In this document: one piece after another, positions 28,701-36,304 of the stretch
How the letters are laid out: every line of letters starts with the position of its first letter
Numbering within the stretch: the first letter of the stretch is position 1
Source of the DNA: Bacteroidales bacterium
Lineage (GTDB): Bacteria > Bacteroidota > Bacteroidia > Bacteroidales > UBA4181
Direction of reading: 5' to 3'
Assembly (NCBI GenBank): GCA_031551645.1
Contig: JAVBNI010000087.1
Span: 13,381-77,380 of the forward strand
DNA: 64,000 bases
Notes under the pieces: generated by a model
Seen by the model: the letters and a program-made list of their open reading frames with translations, nothing else
The model's database searches: none
Told to the model about the DNA's origin: nothing
Program-made: the position numbers and the translations under genes

Positions 28701-29208
28701 AATTCAGTGCATTTTCCTGTACCACCCTAACCATATCCGACCCGCTTACTTTCCCAACAGAGTAGCCAAGCGATTTTTCCTGGCGGCTAATCCCCAAAGC
28801 GGTTACCACTACTTCTTCCAACGCCGTAACATCTTCAATTAAGACTAAATCAATCGTACGTCTTTCGCCTACGACTATTTCCTGAGTTTGAAAACCAATA
28901 AAAGAAAAAATCAAGGTTACATCACCTGAAGGCACATCCAATGTATAATCTCCGTTCAAACCGGTAACAGTCCCTTTCGAAGTACCCTTTATCACAACGC
29001 TGACACCTGGTAATCCGTCTTTTTCGGTATCGGCAGTAACTTTACCTTTAATTGTAAAACCCTGCTGTACACTTACATTTTCTGAACCTGCCAAAGCAAT
29101 GCCTAAAAACAAAGTAGAAACCAGCAAAAGAGACAATACCCTTTTCGTATTTTTTCCAATCATGTATAAGTATTTCATGTATCTTGTTTTTAATAATTGA
29201 TTAATCAT
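25756..29208 (-). CDS. SusC/RagA-family TonB-dependent transporter, copy 2 (start uncertain: ATGs at 29208, 29178, 29163)
   Basis: Same domain order as copy 1, ending ...KLNVTF. Confidence 0.9.
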   Translation of the reverse strand: MINQLLKTRYMKYLYMIGKNTKRVLSLLLVSTLFLGIALAGSENVSVQQGFTIKGKVTADTEKDGLPGVSVVIKGTSKGTVTGLNGDYTLDVPSGDVTLIFSFIGFQTQEIVVGERRTIDLVLIEDVTALEEVVVTALGISRQEKSLGYSVGKVSGSDMVRVVQENALNSLSGKVSGVQINSTGGTGSSVSMVIRGAKSLSNDNQPLFVVDGVPISNTLNNVTEFGSDNRVDFGNAMSDLNSEDIESVSVLKGPSAAALYGSRAGNGVVVITTKSGKKNKGLQVDVSSNTVFDVPYRYYNIQKKFANGYFSYVPSDFPDGYVMNIDPKLAAGCGIELDKGYYAIQWNSPLDANGSQIPTELVSHPNNVANFVQTGITTTNSASVSNNTERYNYRIGVTNMINRGIVPNSDLYRNNVSAATSLKMADNITLSSNINYSQNWSNNRPSGNRGTNPLQWAYAVPQNTDIRDLEQYWEPGNEGLVQRVPDVEQYNNPYYLAHEVNNSFDRDRIFGNLMLEWQIFSDISLMGRFSMDKFSERREGKISSGYTKEINGFYGLQNTSNYERNIDFLAKYSKRLNDFSFVVSAGGNMMYAKATSFSNSSKKGGSGLVIPNLFTIDNIVSGNLVYNSNWSEKVIRSVYAFANLGWRDMVYLDLTARNDWTSTLPPNDRSYFYPSASLSLLIDQMINMGDRVSLVKLRGGWAQVGNDTSPYQLIATYGNSGQWGDAVRLNKKGELLSPTLKPEIATSIEFGTDLGFFDHRLRFEGTYYEIENKNQIIPNVKQAGSSGYTSANINAGLIKSKGWEFTVGGVPVRNQSWMWDVSINITRNRTILKEIAPNVDKIQFWEDAKCGAWSYVGDEIGDIYDAEMLIVTDTNSPYYGYPIISSDAYEWQETKMESTKNRIGNYNPKFILGFQSTLSYKNFSLNWTIDWRNGGQFVSQTERYMAEDGSSQTHLDRLIHPGGRTGEELKNWLVANEDDLIKNGFHVVGGPTVEYGGFRESYGGTPVNDGCFVPGVIAITDDQGNVTYKENLGEEGTTLIQPYIGSYPWEFGKPSTFDADYVKLREISLTYQLPSKFLNKIKGIKGMAVSVYSRNIMLWTKAGIGVDPERAFQPEASTEGRRGIQMKQGIERYNVEPWVFPIGFKLNVTF

Positions 29209-29219
29209 AATATGTCTTT

Positions 29220-30149
29220 CTATTTTATTGCCTCAAATGTAAAAACAGCCGCATGAGTTGGCTTGCTATAATGTTCGCCTGTGGATGTTGCAAGAAACAT
29301 AGCAACCAGCATCTTTTCAGGGGATAATTCTAAAATAATATAATCCCGGGTAAAATCCAGCAATCCAAAAAACTCTCCATCTGCAACGTTGAAATGTATT
29401 ACATTCTTATAGGTCCTATCGGTAACCGTTTTACCATCCGCGCTAACAGTTGGAATAGAAAAATCACCTTCTTTAAAAGTAAATGCTGCATTTTCCTTTG
29501 ATGGATAAGTAACGTAACTCAAACCATAAGTTTTCGAGTTACCTTTTTTTATTTCCAACTTACTAAGTGTTGCAAATACAAGACCGGAAAATGCGCCACC
29601 GCCTTTTGCTACACGTTGGAAACTACCATCGCTTTTAAAAAGAAATTCATCAGCATAAGCCTCCACCATTCCCAAAAAAGCCCCCAATGCTCCCTCAGGA
29701 ATTGGTTGAACAGAAGTAAAATTATCATCTGCATACGCAAGGCGGTCATTTTTAGAATGGCTAGAACTTATTTTCCATTTTTTTCCGTCGGGGTAAGTGT
29801 TGTCACCTGCAAGCATCTGGAGATTTGAAAGTGCCAAGGCTACACTCTTGGTAATTTGTTTTGTCTCCCCATTGCCGGTTACCTTAAGTGTCACAGAGTA
29901 GGTACCACCTTCATCATAAATGTGGACCGGATTTCGATCATTACTGGTATTTCCATCGCCGAAATCCCATAAAAAGGAATCTCCAAAGTTAATCATGGGA
30001 GTAAAAGCCGCTTGTTTCCCAGCAACACTAGAAAAGAAATTCAATGTCTCAGTTGGCTCACTCTTAGGCTCTTTCTCCTTACAGGATTGAAATGAAGCGA
30101 ATGCACAAAAGACAAAAGCTACACATAAAAATAGATTTGATTTTTTCAT
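29220..30149 (-). CDS. PKD-domain surface lipoprotein, first gene of module copy 2
   Basis: 31 of the first 33 residues are identical to 20864..21796. PKD signature FLWDFGDGNTSNDRNPVHIYDEGGTYSVTLKVTG. Confidence 0.7.
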   Translation of the reverse strand: MKKSNLFLCVAFVFCAFASFQSCKEKEPKSEPTETLNFFSSVAGKQAAFTPMINFGDSFLWDFGDGNTSNDRNPVHIYDEGGTYSVTLKVTGNGETKQITKSVALALSNLQMLAGDNTYPDGKKWKISSSHSKNDRLAYADDNFTSVQPIPEGALGAFLGMVEAYADEFLFKSDGSFQRVAKGGGAFSGLVFATLSKLEIKKGNSKTYGLSYVTYPSKENAAFTFKEGDFSIPTVSADGKTVTDRTYKNVIHFNVADGEFFGLLDFTRDYIILELSPEKMLVAMFLATSTGEHYSKPTHAAVFTFEAIK

Positions 30150-30180
30150 ATTGACTATAGTTTAAAATTACTAATTTTTG

Positions 30181-30200
30181 AAATGTAAACATTTACATTT
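30181..30200. promoter_or_regulatory. LacI/GalR-type operator, proximal site, copy 2 (one central mismatch)
   Basis: AAATGTAAACATTTACATTT is the same site as 21829-21848 with the central CG changed to CA. It lies 31 nt from the ATG at 30149. Confidence 0.5.
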
Positions 30201-30532
30201 CAGGCTTTTTTAAAAGCATAAAATTATTTCACAAGCAAAAAAAGCTTTATTTTAGACATTCATTTTTCAATAACCAGATATCATTAATTGTGAATCAAGA
30301 ATGAAGCAAAACAAATGAATGTTGCAGTAATATGCTACTTATAAATTTCTTCATTTCCGGTACGCTATTAATATATTTTGATAAATATCATATGTTTGAC
30401 AAATTTTTGGCAAATTCACCAACATTGACAACAAATCATTCATTTCACATTCACAATATACAAAACACCTTTCTCTATATCAGATAAAACATGCAACAAG
30501 ATTGACTTGCAGACTTTAATAAAAACACACAA

Positions 30533-30554
30533 ATCGCTTAAACGTTTAAGCGAT
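30533..30554. promoter_or_regulatory. LacI/GalR-type operator palindrome, distal site, copy 2
   Basis: ATCGCTTAAACGTTTAAGCGAT is a 22-bp perfect palindrome. Confidence 0.55.
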
Positions 30555-30763
30555 GGCGTAATAAAATTTATATCCCTTTCTCAATCACATCCCTCCTTTT
30601 AGATTAAATAAAACAACTATTTTTCCTCTTTAAAATTATTAGAGCCATAAAAATCCTACACTCAATTTATGTAATTAAATCATCATTTTGTATAAAACTG
30701 CAGAAGTCATATTAACTCTAATATGCAAAGTTAAATACTAAAATTGTATTTTTGCCCTCATTT

Positions 30764-30798
30764 TACGTATTTAAACCCTCAAAATGCGTATTTTTTTT
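30764..30798 (+). terminator. Plus-strand intrinsic-terminator-like hairpin in module leader, copy 2
   Basis: A 9-bp stem (30764-30772 / 30782-30790) with a 9-nt loop, followed by T8 (30791-30798). Confidence 0.55.
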
Positions 30799-30953
30799 GA
30801 TTTTAAGCTGCAATACCTTGGCGTACTCTGCTTATTTTCAGCGATTTTATGGGAATTAAATTAACGCAACTTTTCCGCTTTTAAATCCGATAATCTATAC
30901 AGATTATTAACAACACAAAAATGTAGCTATAAGATATGGTGTCACTAAAATTC

Positions 30954-31517
30954 TCAGACATTTATAAATTTTGCAACTATCTCTATTGCTTCCTCTTGTG
31001 CCTTTTCAAGTTGATCATTGATGAGAATATAATCGAACTGCGGAGCAAATGCTAATTCGTGTTCTGCTTTGGCTATACGTTGACGGATTTTATCTTCGCT
31101 GTCGGTGGAACGTGCAATCAAACGGCGTTCCAATTCCTCGACTGATGGTGGTTCGACAAAAATGGATAAAGCCTGTTCTCCGAATTGTTTCTTTAGAGCC
31201 AGCCCGCCTTTTACATCCACATCAAACAGAACGTGACGGCCTTCCGACCAAATACGTTCTACTTCGCTGCGTAAAGTTCCATAATAACTGCCTTCATATA
31301 CTTCTTCCCACTCGACAAAGTCTTCTTTGTCGATATGCGTATGGAATTCGGGAACGGTCATGAAATAATAATCACGTCCGTCTGTTTCACCTTGTCGGAT
31401 AGCACGGGTACAAGCCGATATGGAAAATGAAAGGGGTAATCCGCTTTGTAAAACATGCTTCACCAAAGTCGTTTTACCGGCACCTGATGGCGCCGAAAAA
31501 ATGATCAATTTACCCAT
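30954..31517 (-). CDS. gmk: Guanylate kinase
   Basis: P-loop SAPSGAGKTTL, a length of 187 aa and characteristic ...RxGExDGxDYxF... motifs. Confidence 0.9.
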   Translation of the reverse strand: MGKLIIFSAPSGAGKTTLVKHVLQSGLPLSFSISACTRAIRQGETDGRDYYFMTVPEFHTHIDKEDFVEWEEVYEGSYYGTLRSEVERIWSEGRHVLFDVDVKGGLALKKQFGEQALSIFVEPPSVEELERRLIARSTDSEDKIRQRIAKAEHELAFAPQFDYILINDQLEKAQEEAIEIVAKFINV

Positions 31518-31521
31518 AAGG

Positions 31522-32397
31522 TCACAAGATATTCAAGATCTGCTCCTTTATCTTTTCCAACTCGTCTTTCATTTGTATCACCGTTTGCTGCATATCTGCA
31601 TTATTAGCCTTGGAACCAATGGTATTGATTTCGCGACCTATTTCCTGGGCAATGAAACCGAGCTTTTTTCCCACTCCGCCGTTATCGCGCATGGTCGACA
31701 TAAAATAAGAACAATGGTTGCGCAGCCGCACTTTTTCTTCATTAATATCTATCTTTTCGAGGTAGTAAATCAATTCCTGTTCGAAACGATTCTGATCAAT
31801 CGTATTTTCACCGACGTACTCGGCCAGATTCTGACGCAAACGGGTTTTGATAACCTCCATGCGTGGTGCCTCAAACTTTTCGATTTCATCGATATATGAT
31901 TCTATCAAGCCGATACGTGCAGCTATATCTTCGGCCAACGCTTTACCTTCCTGTTTCCTGAAATTATTGACCTGTTCCAATGCCTGGCGTATCCCTTCGA
32001 GCAGCATTGCCCACTCTTCCTCTTCCAGTTCCGGGCGATCGGACTTCAGTACATCGGGCATACGTATGATGGAAGCCAGAATGTCTGACGGTAATGGAAT
32101 GTTGTTTCGTTTAGCAATATCGGACAATTGCGCATAATAACTTTTGACAGCTGTCTCGTTAAATTGGCTCATTACACCCTCCACACTCTCTTCTATCGAG
32201 ACATACAGCTCAATTTTTCCACGTTGTAACTGGGTAGTCAACTCATTGCGCAGATCCAATTCCCTTTCTTTGTATGTGTTGGGTATTTTAACTATTAAAT
32301 CGGCCTGTTTGCTATTTAAAGTTTTAATCTCAATAATAATCTTCCGTCGGTCATTTACACATTCGGCTTTGCCGAACCCTGTCATCGATTTAATCAT
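31522..32397 (-). CDS. yicC: YicC/YloC-family stress-induced protein
   Basis: MIKSMTGFGKA is the canonical family N-terminus. The ORF track start at 32469 adds 24 poorly fitting residues, so I prefer the ATG at 32397. Confidence 0.8.
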   Translation of the reverse strand: MIKSMTGFGKAECVNDRRKIIIEIKTLNSKQADLIVKIPNTYKERELDLRNELTTQLQRGKIELYVSIEESVEGVMSQFNETAVKSYYAQLSDIAKRNNIPLPSDILASIIRMPDVLKSDRPELEEEEWAMLLEGIRQALEQVNNFRKQEGKALAEDIAARIGLIESYIDEIEKFEAPRMEVIKTRLRQNLAEYVGENTIDQNRFEQELIYYLEKIDINEEKVRLRNHCSYFMSTMRDNGGVGKKLGFIAQEIGREINTIGSKANNADMQQTVIQMKDELEKIKEQILNIL

Positions 32398-32603
32398 TAT
32401 CAGTCTATTTTGATCATTCTCATTAACTATAACCCTTGTCTTAATTACCGGCAATCGGCACATCGACAATCAACTACCTTCACCATAACCTGCATGGTCA
32501 GTGCAACAAGGAAATCGTAAAAATATATAAAATATTCCGATCTTTGTTAAGTGAATGGATATTTTTTGTACCTTTATCCCCTTGCTTGTTATCCCAAATT
32601 GTC

Positions 32604-33299
32604 TTGAAAAAATACATTATCTATATCATTTTTGTATTTGCAGGATTGCAGCAGTTATCCGCCCAGGAAGTACTGGTGCAATGGACGGGAGTTGTCCGTA
32701 ACGATTTGCTGGAACCAATACCTTTTGCACATATCATCGTGAAAAAAGATTTCCGCGGGACTGTGAGCGATCCCCAGGGAATGTTCACCATTATCACGTA
32801 TCCAAATGATACGTTGTTGATTTCATGTGTTGGGTATAAAGCCCGTAAAATCCCAGTCCCCTACGTCTCTGCAGCCGATTCGAAACATTACATTAAAGAC
32901 ATTGTTCTGGAAGAGGACACCATCATGTTGAGCGAGGTGGTCATTTTCCCATGGAAGACGTATAAGGAATTTAAGGATGCTTTTATGTCGCTCGATTTGC
33001 CAGAGGACGACATGCAACGTGCTTACCGCAACATTGCGATAATACAGGAACAGATATATAACGCCGCCATGAATCGTTCGGCTACTCCGACATCCAATTT
33101 CCGCGATGTGATGGCCAGTAAGCACAACCGGATGATGAACTACGGGCATATGTACCCGACTTATTCGATAACTAATCCTCTTGCGTGGGCGCAATTTTTC
33201 CAGGCTATACGAAACGGTGAATTCAAAAAGAAAGAAAGCAGCAGCACCCGGAAAAATCCGTCTACTGTCAAAGAAATAATGAAGGATCAGAATGAATAA
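32604..33299 (+). CDS. Carboxypeptidase-regulatory-like domain protein (start uncertain)
   Basis: The segment WTGVVRNDLLEPIPFAHIIVKKDFRGTVSDPQGMFTI...CVGYK resembles a CarboxypepD_reg domain. There is no in-frame ATG. The TTG at 32604 gives a signal-like N-terminus (LKKYIIYIIFVFAGLQQLSAQ), while the ORF track uses the TTG at 32544. Confidence 0.5.
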   Translation: MKKYIIYIIFVFAGLQQLSAQEVLVQWTGVVRNDLLEPIPFAHIIVKKDFRGTVSDPQGMFTIITYPNDTLLISCVGYKARKIPVPYVSAADSKHYIKDIVLEEDTIMLSEVVIFPWKTYKEFKDAFMSLDLPEDDMQRAYRNIAIIQEQIYNAAMNRSATPTSNFRDVMASKHNRMMNYGHMYPTYSITNPLAWAQFFQAIRNGEFKKKESSSTRKNPSTVKEIMKDQNE

Positions 33300-34581
33300 G
33301 ATTGTTGTTTTTGGCCCGGGGCCGGGCTTTAAAGGCGGCATAGCTAATTACAGCATCTCACTGGCAAAAGCTTTTGCCGGAATCGAAGAAACGACGGAAA
33401 CGCACATGGTTTCGTGGATCAATCAATATCCGTTCTTTATTCCACATGATTTTATTGATGACAAAAGCCAATCAGACTTGTTGGAAAAAAGTGGCGTAAC
33501 CGTGCATTACACCATGAATTACAATCGTTTTTTTTCATGGCAGAAAACTTACCAGACTATAGCTGAAATTAATCCCGATTTTATTGTCTTCCAATGGTCA
33601 AATCCAATACAGGCATTCCCGATAGGTTATTTGATCCGTCAAATAAAGGCCAATACCGGTATCCGGGTAATTGCCGACCTGCATTTCGGGAACCGCAGAG
33701 AATATGCCAAGACTGTAAAACTGTTAACCAGTTACGCCATCAAATATGCTGACGCATATGTAGTTCATTCATATAAAACAGCTTTTGAGGTCAAGGAATT
33801 ATTTCCCGATACAACCTTCGATCTTATAGAAGGCTCGGATACCAGACGTGAATACAAGGGCAAGCCGATACAGAAGTTGTATCATCCTATTTACGATATG
33901 TACACGCCGGATTCGACTTTCGATGTGGCATTGCAAAAAAAACAACTTCATCTGCGTAAATTCGTGTTTTTGTTCTTCGGATTTATTGTCAAATACAAAG
34001 GTTTGCACAATGCCATTTCTGCCTTTGCCGAGTTGGTGAAGACACGCGATGATGTATCGCTGCTGATCGTTGGCGAATCGTCGTGGCAAGCCGAAAAACA
34101 ATCAAAACGAAAACGCTTCAAGCGACTTTTCAGCAGGCATTTGCGTGCCCAGTTCGTAAGCAAACGTGAAGACGAGATCAACTATCATCCGTTGGACATG
34201 ATCGACCAATTGGGTATTCGTGATTATGTTACAGTAGTCAACGAATTTGTTCCCAACGAAGATGTACATAAATATTTCCAGGTAAGTGACGCCAGTGTGT
34301 TGTTCTACGAATCAGCAACAGCATCGGGAGTTGAGTCCATAGCTTATAATTTCAAGATCCCGATAGTAGCAACCCGTGTCGGCCATTTTCCCGAATCGGT
34401 AAAAGAAGGTATTACCGGTTATTTAGCCAACCCCGACGACATATCTTCCATGACCGAAGCTATGATGAACATTATAGAGCAACCTATTCCTCCCGAAGAT
34501 ATCGAAGAAGTATCCAAAAACATGAGCTGGGAAAACTATGCCAAATCGATACGTAACATGGCTGGCTCGATACGACAATAG
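33292..34581 (+). CDS. GT4-type (GT-B fold) glycosyltransferase
   Basis: The C-terminal YESATASGVESIAYNFKIPIVATRVGHFPESVKEGITGYL fits an E-x7-E type motif. It overlaps the upstream gene by 8 nt. Confidence 0.7.
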   Translation: MNKIVVFGPGPGFKGGIANYSISLAKAFAGIEETTETHMVSWINQYPFFIPHDFIDDKSQSDLLEKSGVTVHYTMNYNRFFSWQKTYQTIAEINPDFIVFQWSNPIQAFPIGYLIRQIKANTGIRVIADLHFGNRREYAKTVKLLTSYAIKYADAYVVHSYKTAFEVKELFPDTTFDLIEGSDTRREYKGKPIQKLYHPIYDMYTPDSTFDVALQKKQLHLRKFVFLFFGFIVKYKGLHNAISAFAELVKTRDDVSLLIVGESSWQAEKQSKRKRFKRLFSRHLRAQFVSKREDEINYHPLDMIDQLGIRDYVTVVNEFVPNEDVHKYFQVSDASVLFYESATASGVESIAYNFKIPIVATRVGHFPESVKEGITGYLANPDDISSMTEAMMNIIEQPIPPEDIEEVSKNMSWENYAKSIRNMAGSIRQ

Positions 34582-34617
34582 GATACGCTAATTATTCATT
34601 CCTAAACATATCATTCA

Positions 34618-36246
34618 ATGAGATCAAAACTCGTTTCTTTTATCTTACTTATCAATATCTTTTTTCATTGCACAGCACAAGATGCATTCAGTCCCGAACA
34701 ACGTGCCGGTTGGTTAAAAAAAGCAGAAGCATTTAAACCCCGGTTGACGGAAACGATTAAAACCCCGCAACGGCTTGTTAAACTTGAGAAAAATCCCCAG
34801 GCATTCCAGGGATGGCAGGCAGTAGACGCTGGCCCGGTAAGTAATTTCTATTCCGGTTCGTTTAAAAAACAACCCGGAACAGTGGTCGATTTCGGCGAAC
34901 ATCTTACCGGACATTTTTCCTGTCGCTTTGTGCTGAATAGTAAAAACGATTCGGATGCTCCTACACGGGTAAAATTCACATTCGGAGAGGTACCTGCCGA
35001 ACTGGCGACACCATTTGATCCCTATCCCGGCGGCCTGAGTCGTGCCTGGCTACAGGACGAAATCGTCACCATGGATTATATCCCCAATGAGATTACCATA
35101 CCCCGGAGGTTATCATTCCGGTATGTGAAAATAGAATTATTGGGCGCATCTTCTTTCGATTTCAGGCTATCCGAGATGAGTGTCAAAGCTGTGACATCGG
35201 TAACCAATCAAGCGTCGCCGCTTCCTGCCGGTACACCGCAAATCATTGCCGATATTGATCGTGTAGGCTTAACGACGCTCAAAGAGTGTATGCAGACAGT
35301 ATACGAAGACGGCCCCAAACGCGACCTGAGGCTTTGGATTGGTGACCTCTATTTAGAAGCATTGGCAAACACCTATTCGTACAAAAATCACGACTTGACC
35401 AAACGATGCTTATACTTGTTAGCGGGCTTGGCTGCTCCCAGCGGGTTATTGCATGCCGCAGTATTTGAGGTGCCCGAACCTCATCCGCAAACAGGACAAC
35501 ATATCCTGGATTATGCATTGCTGTGGAATGTTGCATTGCTGGATTACCTGAAGACAACAGGCGACCGTGAAACAGCGCTTGATTTGTGGCCGGTAGCAGC
35601 CAAGCAGGTTGAAATTGCAAAAACATACATTGGCGAAAATTTTCTTTACAACGGAAAACCGATCTGGATATTTTTTGATTGGCGCGAAGGTTTTAATACA
35701 CAGGCTCCCTTGCAAGGTTTGTTTGTAAAGACATTCAAGGAAACATATGAATTGGCCAAGATGCTCGGCAAGGAAAAAGAAGTAGCGGATCTTCCCAAAT
35801 ACACAGACAAATTGGCGAAAGCAGCACGTAAAAACCTTTACGACAGCAAACGGGGAATTGTTGTCAGCGGGCCTGATAAACAAATCTCATATTTATCGCA
35901 AGTATGGATGACTCTGGGAGGGGTACTGAACAAACAGGAATCACAAAAAGCATTAAAGACGGTCATGGCCATGAAGGATGCTGTGTATCCGGGTTCGCCC
36001 TATGGCACGCATTACCTGATCGATGCTTTGATCGCCTGCGGGATGGAACGGGAAGCGAAAGATTATCTGGTAAATTATTGGGGTGGTATGGTGAAAAAAG
36101 GCGCTGATACTTTCTGGGAAGTTTACGACCCGAACGATGATCTTCTTTCGCCTTATCATTTTTTCCCTATCAACAGTTATTGTCATGCATGGAGCTGTAC
36201 TCCGGTGTATTTTATTAGAAAATATCCCGAAATATTCCAAAAATAA
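34618..36246 (+). CDS. (alpha/alpha)6-barrel glycoside-hydrolase-like protein, rhamnosidase (GH78)-related
   Basis: Signal peptide present. The C-terminal ...NSYCHAWSCTPVYF resembles the six-hairpin rhamnosidase-like family. The assignment is by recollection only. Confidence 0.45.
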   Translation: MRSKLVSFILLINIFFHCTAQDAFSPEQRAGWLKKAEAFKPRLTETIKTPQRLVKLEKNPQAFQGWQAVDAGPVSNFYSGSFKKQPGTVVDFGEHLTGHFSCRFVLNSKNDSDAPTRVKFTFGEVPAELATPFDPYPGGLSRAWLQDEIVTMDYIPNEITIPRRLSFRYVKIELLGASSFDFRLSEMSVKAVTSVTNQASPLPAGTPQIIADIDRVGLTTLKECMQTVYEDGPKRDLRLWIGDLYLEALANTYSYKNHDLTKRCLYLLAGLAAPSGLLHAAVFEVPEPHPQTGQHILDYALLWNVALLDYLKTTGDRETALDLWPVAAKQVEIAKTYIGENFLYNGKPIWIFFDWREGFNTQAPLQGLFVKTFKETYELAKMLGKEKEVADLPKYTDKLAKAARKNLYDSKRGIVVSGPDKQISYLSQVWMTLGGVLNKQESQKALKTVMAMKDAVYPGSPYGTHYLIDALIACGMEREAKDYLVNYWGGMVKKGADTFWEVYDPNDDLLSPYHFFPINSYCHAWSCTPVYFIRKYPEIFQK

Positions 36247-36304
36247 GACACGCATATATTCCGTTATGTAAGATCTATTTTTCAGACAAATAACCAAAAA
36301 CAAT

